NCBI GenBank assembly: GCA_964615775.1
Contig: CAZTQB010000005.1
Span: 1,950 to 65,949 of the forward strand
Direction: 5' to 3'
Origin: an uncultured Candidatus Saccharibacteria bacterium
GTDB taxonomy: Bacteria > Patescibacteriota > Saccharimonadia > Saccharimonadales > 2-12-FULL-41-12
Length of the DNA: 64,000 bases
The translations under genes were made by a program, and so were the position numbers. Numbering within the stretch: the stretch's first letter is position 1; every line of letters begins with the position of its first letter. Below the pieces are notes generated by a model. The model was not told the origin of the DNA, made no database searches, and was given only the letters and a program-made list of their open reading frames with translations. This document shows positions 63,567 to 64,000 of this stretch, in pieces.

Positions 63567-64000
63567 ATGATAAATTTAATCACAAATTTTGCGAACGAAG
63601 CTGCTGCAAGCGACGGAGGAATATCGGCACTTGGCGTTGACGGCAAAGCCTTTTTGATCCAATTTATTACTTGGATTTTGGTGTTTGTCATCTTAATAAA
63701 ATTTGTTTTTCGTCCAGTAATAGATTTGCTAGAAAAGCGTCGTAAAACTATTAGTCAAGGTGTGGAGCTAACTACTGAAATGCTGAAGGAAAAAGCCAAG
63801 CTTGAAGAAGAAGTTGAAAAAACAATGGTTAAAGCTCGAGCTGAGGCTAAAGATATGATTGCTAAAACTCAAGATCAAGCCAAGGCCATCGTAAAAGATG
63901 CCGAGGACGAAGCCAAAGTAAGGGTTGACGTGATGGTCAAAGAGGCGAAATCAAAAATTGCCGATGAAACTCTGAAAGCTCGTCGCACGTTAGAAAAAGA
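63567..64000 (+). CDS. atpF: F0F1 ATP synthase subunit b (5' part; continues past window end)
   Basis: ATG at 63567 follows a GAGGA RBS. Hand translation MINLITNFANEAAASDGG...FLIQFITWILVFVILIKFVFRPVIDLLEKRRKTI... gives one TM then a long charged helix. No stop before 64000. Confidence 0.85.
   Translation, partial: MINLITNFANEAAASDGGISALGVDGKAFLIQFITWILVFVILIKFVFRPVIDLLEKRRKTISQGVELTTEMLKEKAKLEEEVEKTMVKARAEAKDMIAKTQDQAKAIVKDAEDEAKVRVDVMVKEAKSKIADETLKARRTLEK

Overview
This is an AT-rich, gene-dense bacterial chromosome segment with short intergenic gaps and many ATGA/4-nt overlaps. It uses the standard genetic code: TAA, TGA and TAG all terminate well-conserved genes here. Housekeeping genes include gltX, pyrH, xth, rlmH, tgt with yhhQ, smpB, msrA/msrB and the start of an F-type ATPase operon. 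The window also holds two sortases with an LAxTG substrate, many membrane and surface-glycan genes, lipid head-group genes without fatty-acid synthesis, and almost no biosynthetic pathways. That content suggests a reduced-genome Patescibacteria/CPR organism, most like Saccharibacteria; this is inferred from gene content only. I could fold three tRNAs by hand: Leu-CAA, Ser-GGA and Asn-GTT. I saw no rRNA, CRISPR array, transposase or intact integrase. The most unusual region is 50.7-55.1 kb, next to tRNA-Asn. It contains gene fragments and two 176-bp direct repeats derived from the 3' end of a serine-recombinase gene. The repeats bracket a tightly coupled four-gene cassette: pyruvoyl AdoMet decarboxylase, a GDDD/NPPY aminopropyltransferase-like enzyme, a guanylate-kinase-like NMP kinase and a HAM1-type NTP pyrophosphatase. 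I read this cassette as a candidate mobile nucleotide-aminopropylation pathway, or alternatively a polyamine pathway. Other notable loci are a sortase substrate split by one in-frame TAG, an ApbE/FMN-bind/NOX-like flavin electron-transfer module, a fused cytochrome b-molybdoenzyme next to a NarK-like transporter, and a lipid-salvage locus with an archaeal-type CarS-like cytidylyltransferase. All calls rest on hand translation and motif recognition; no searches were run.
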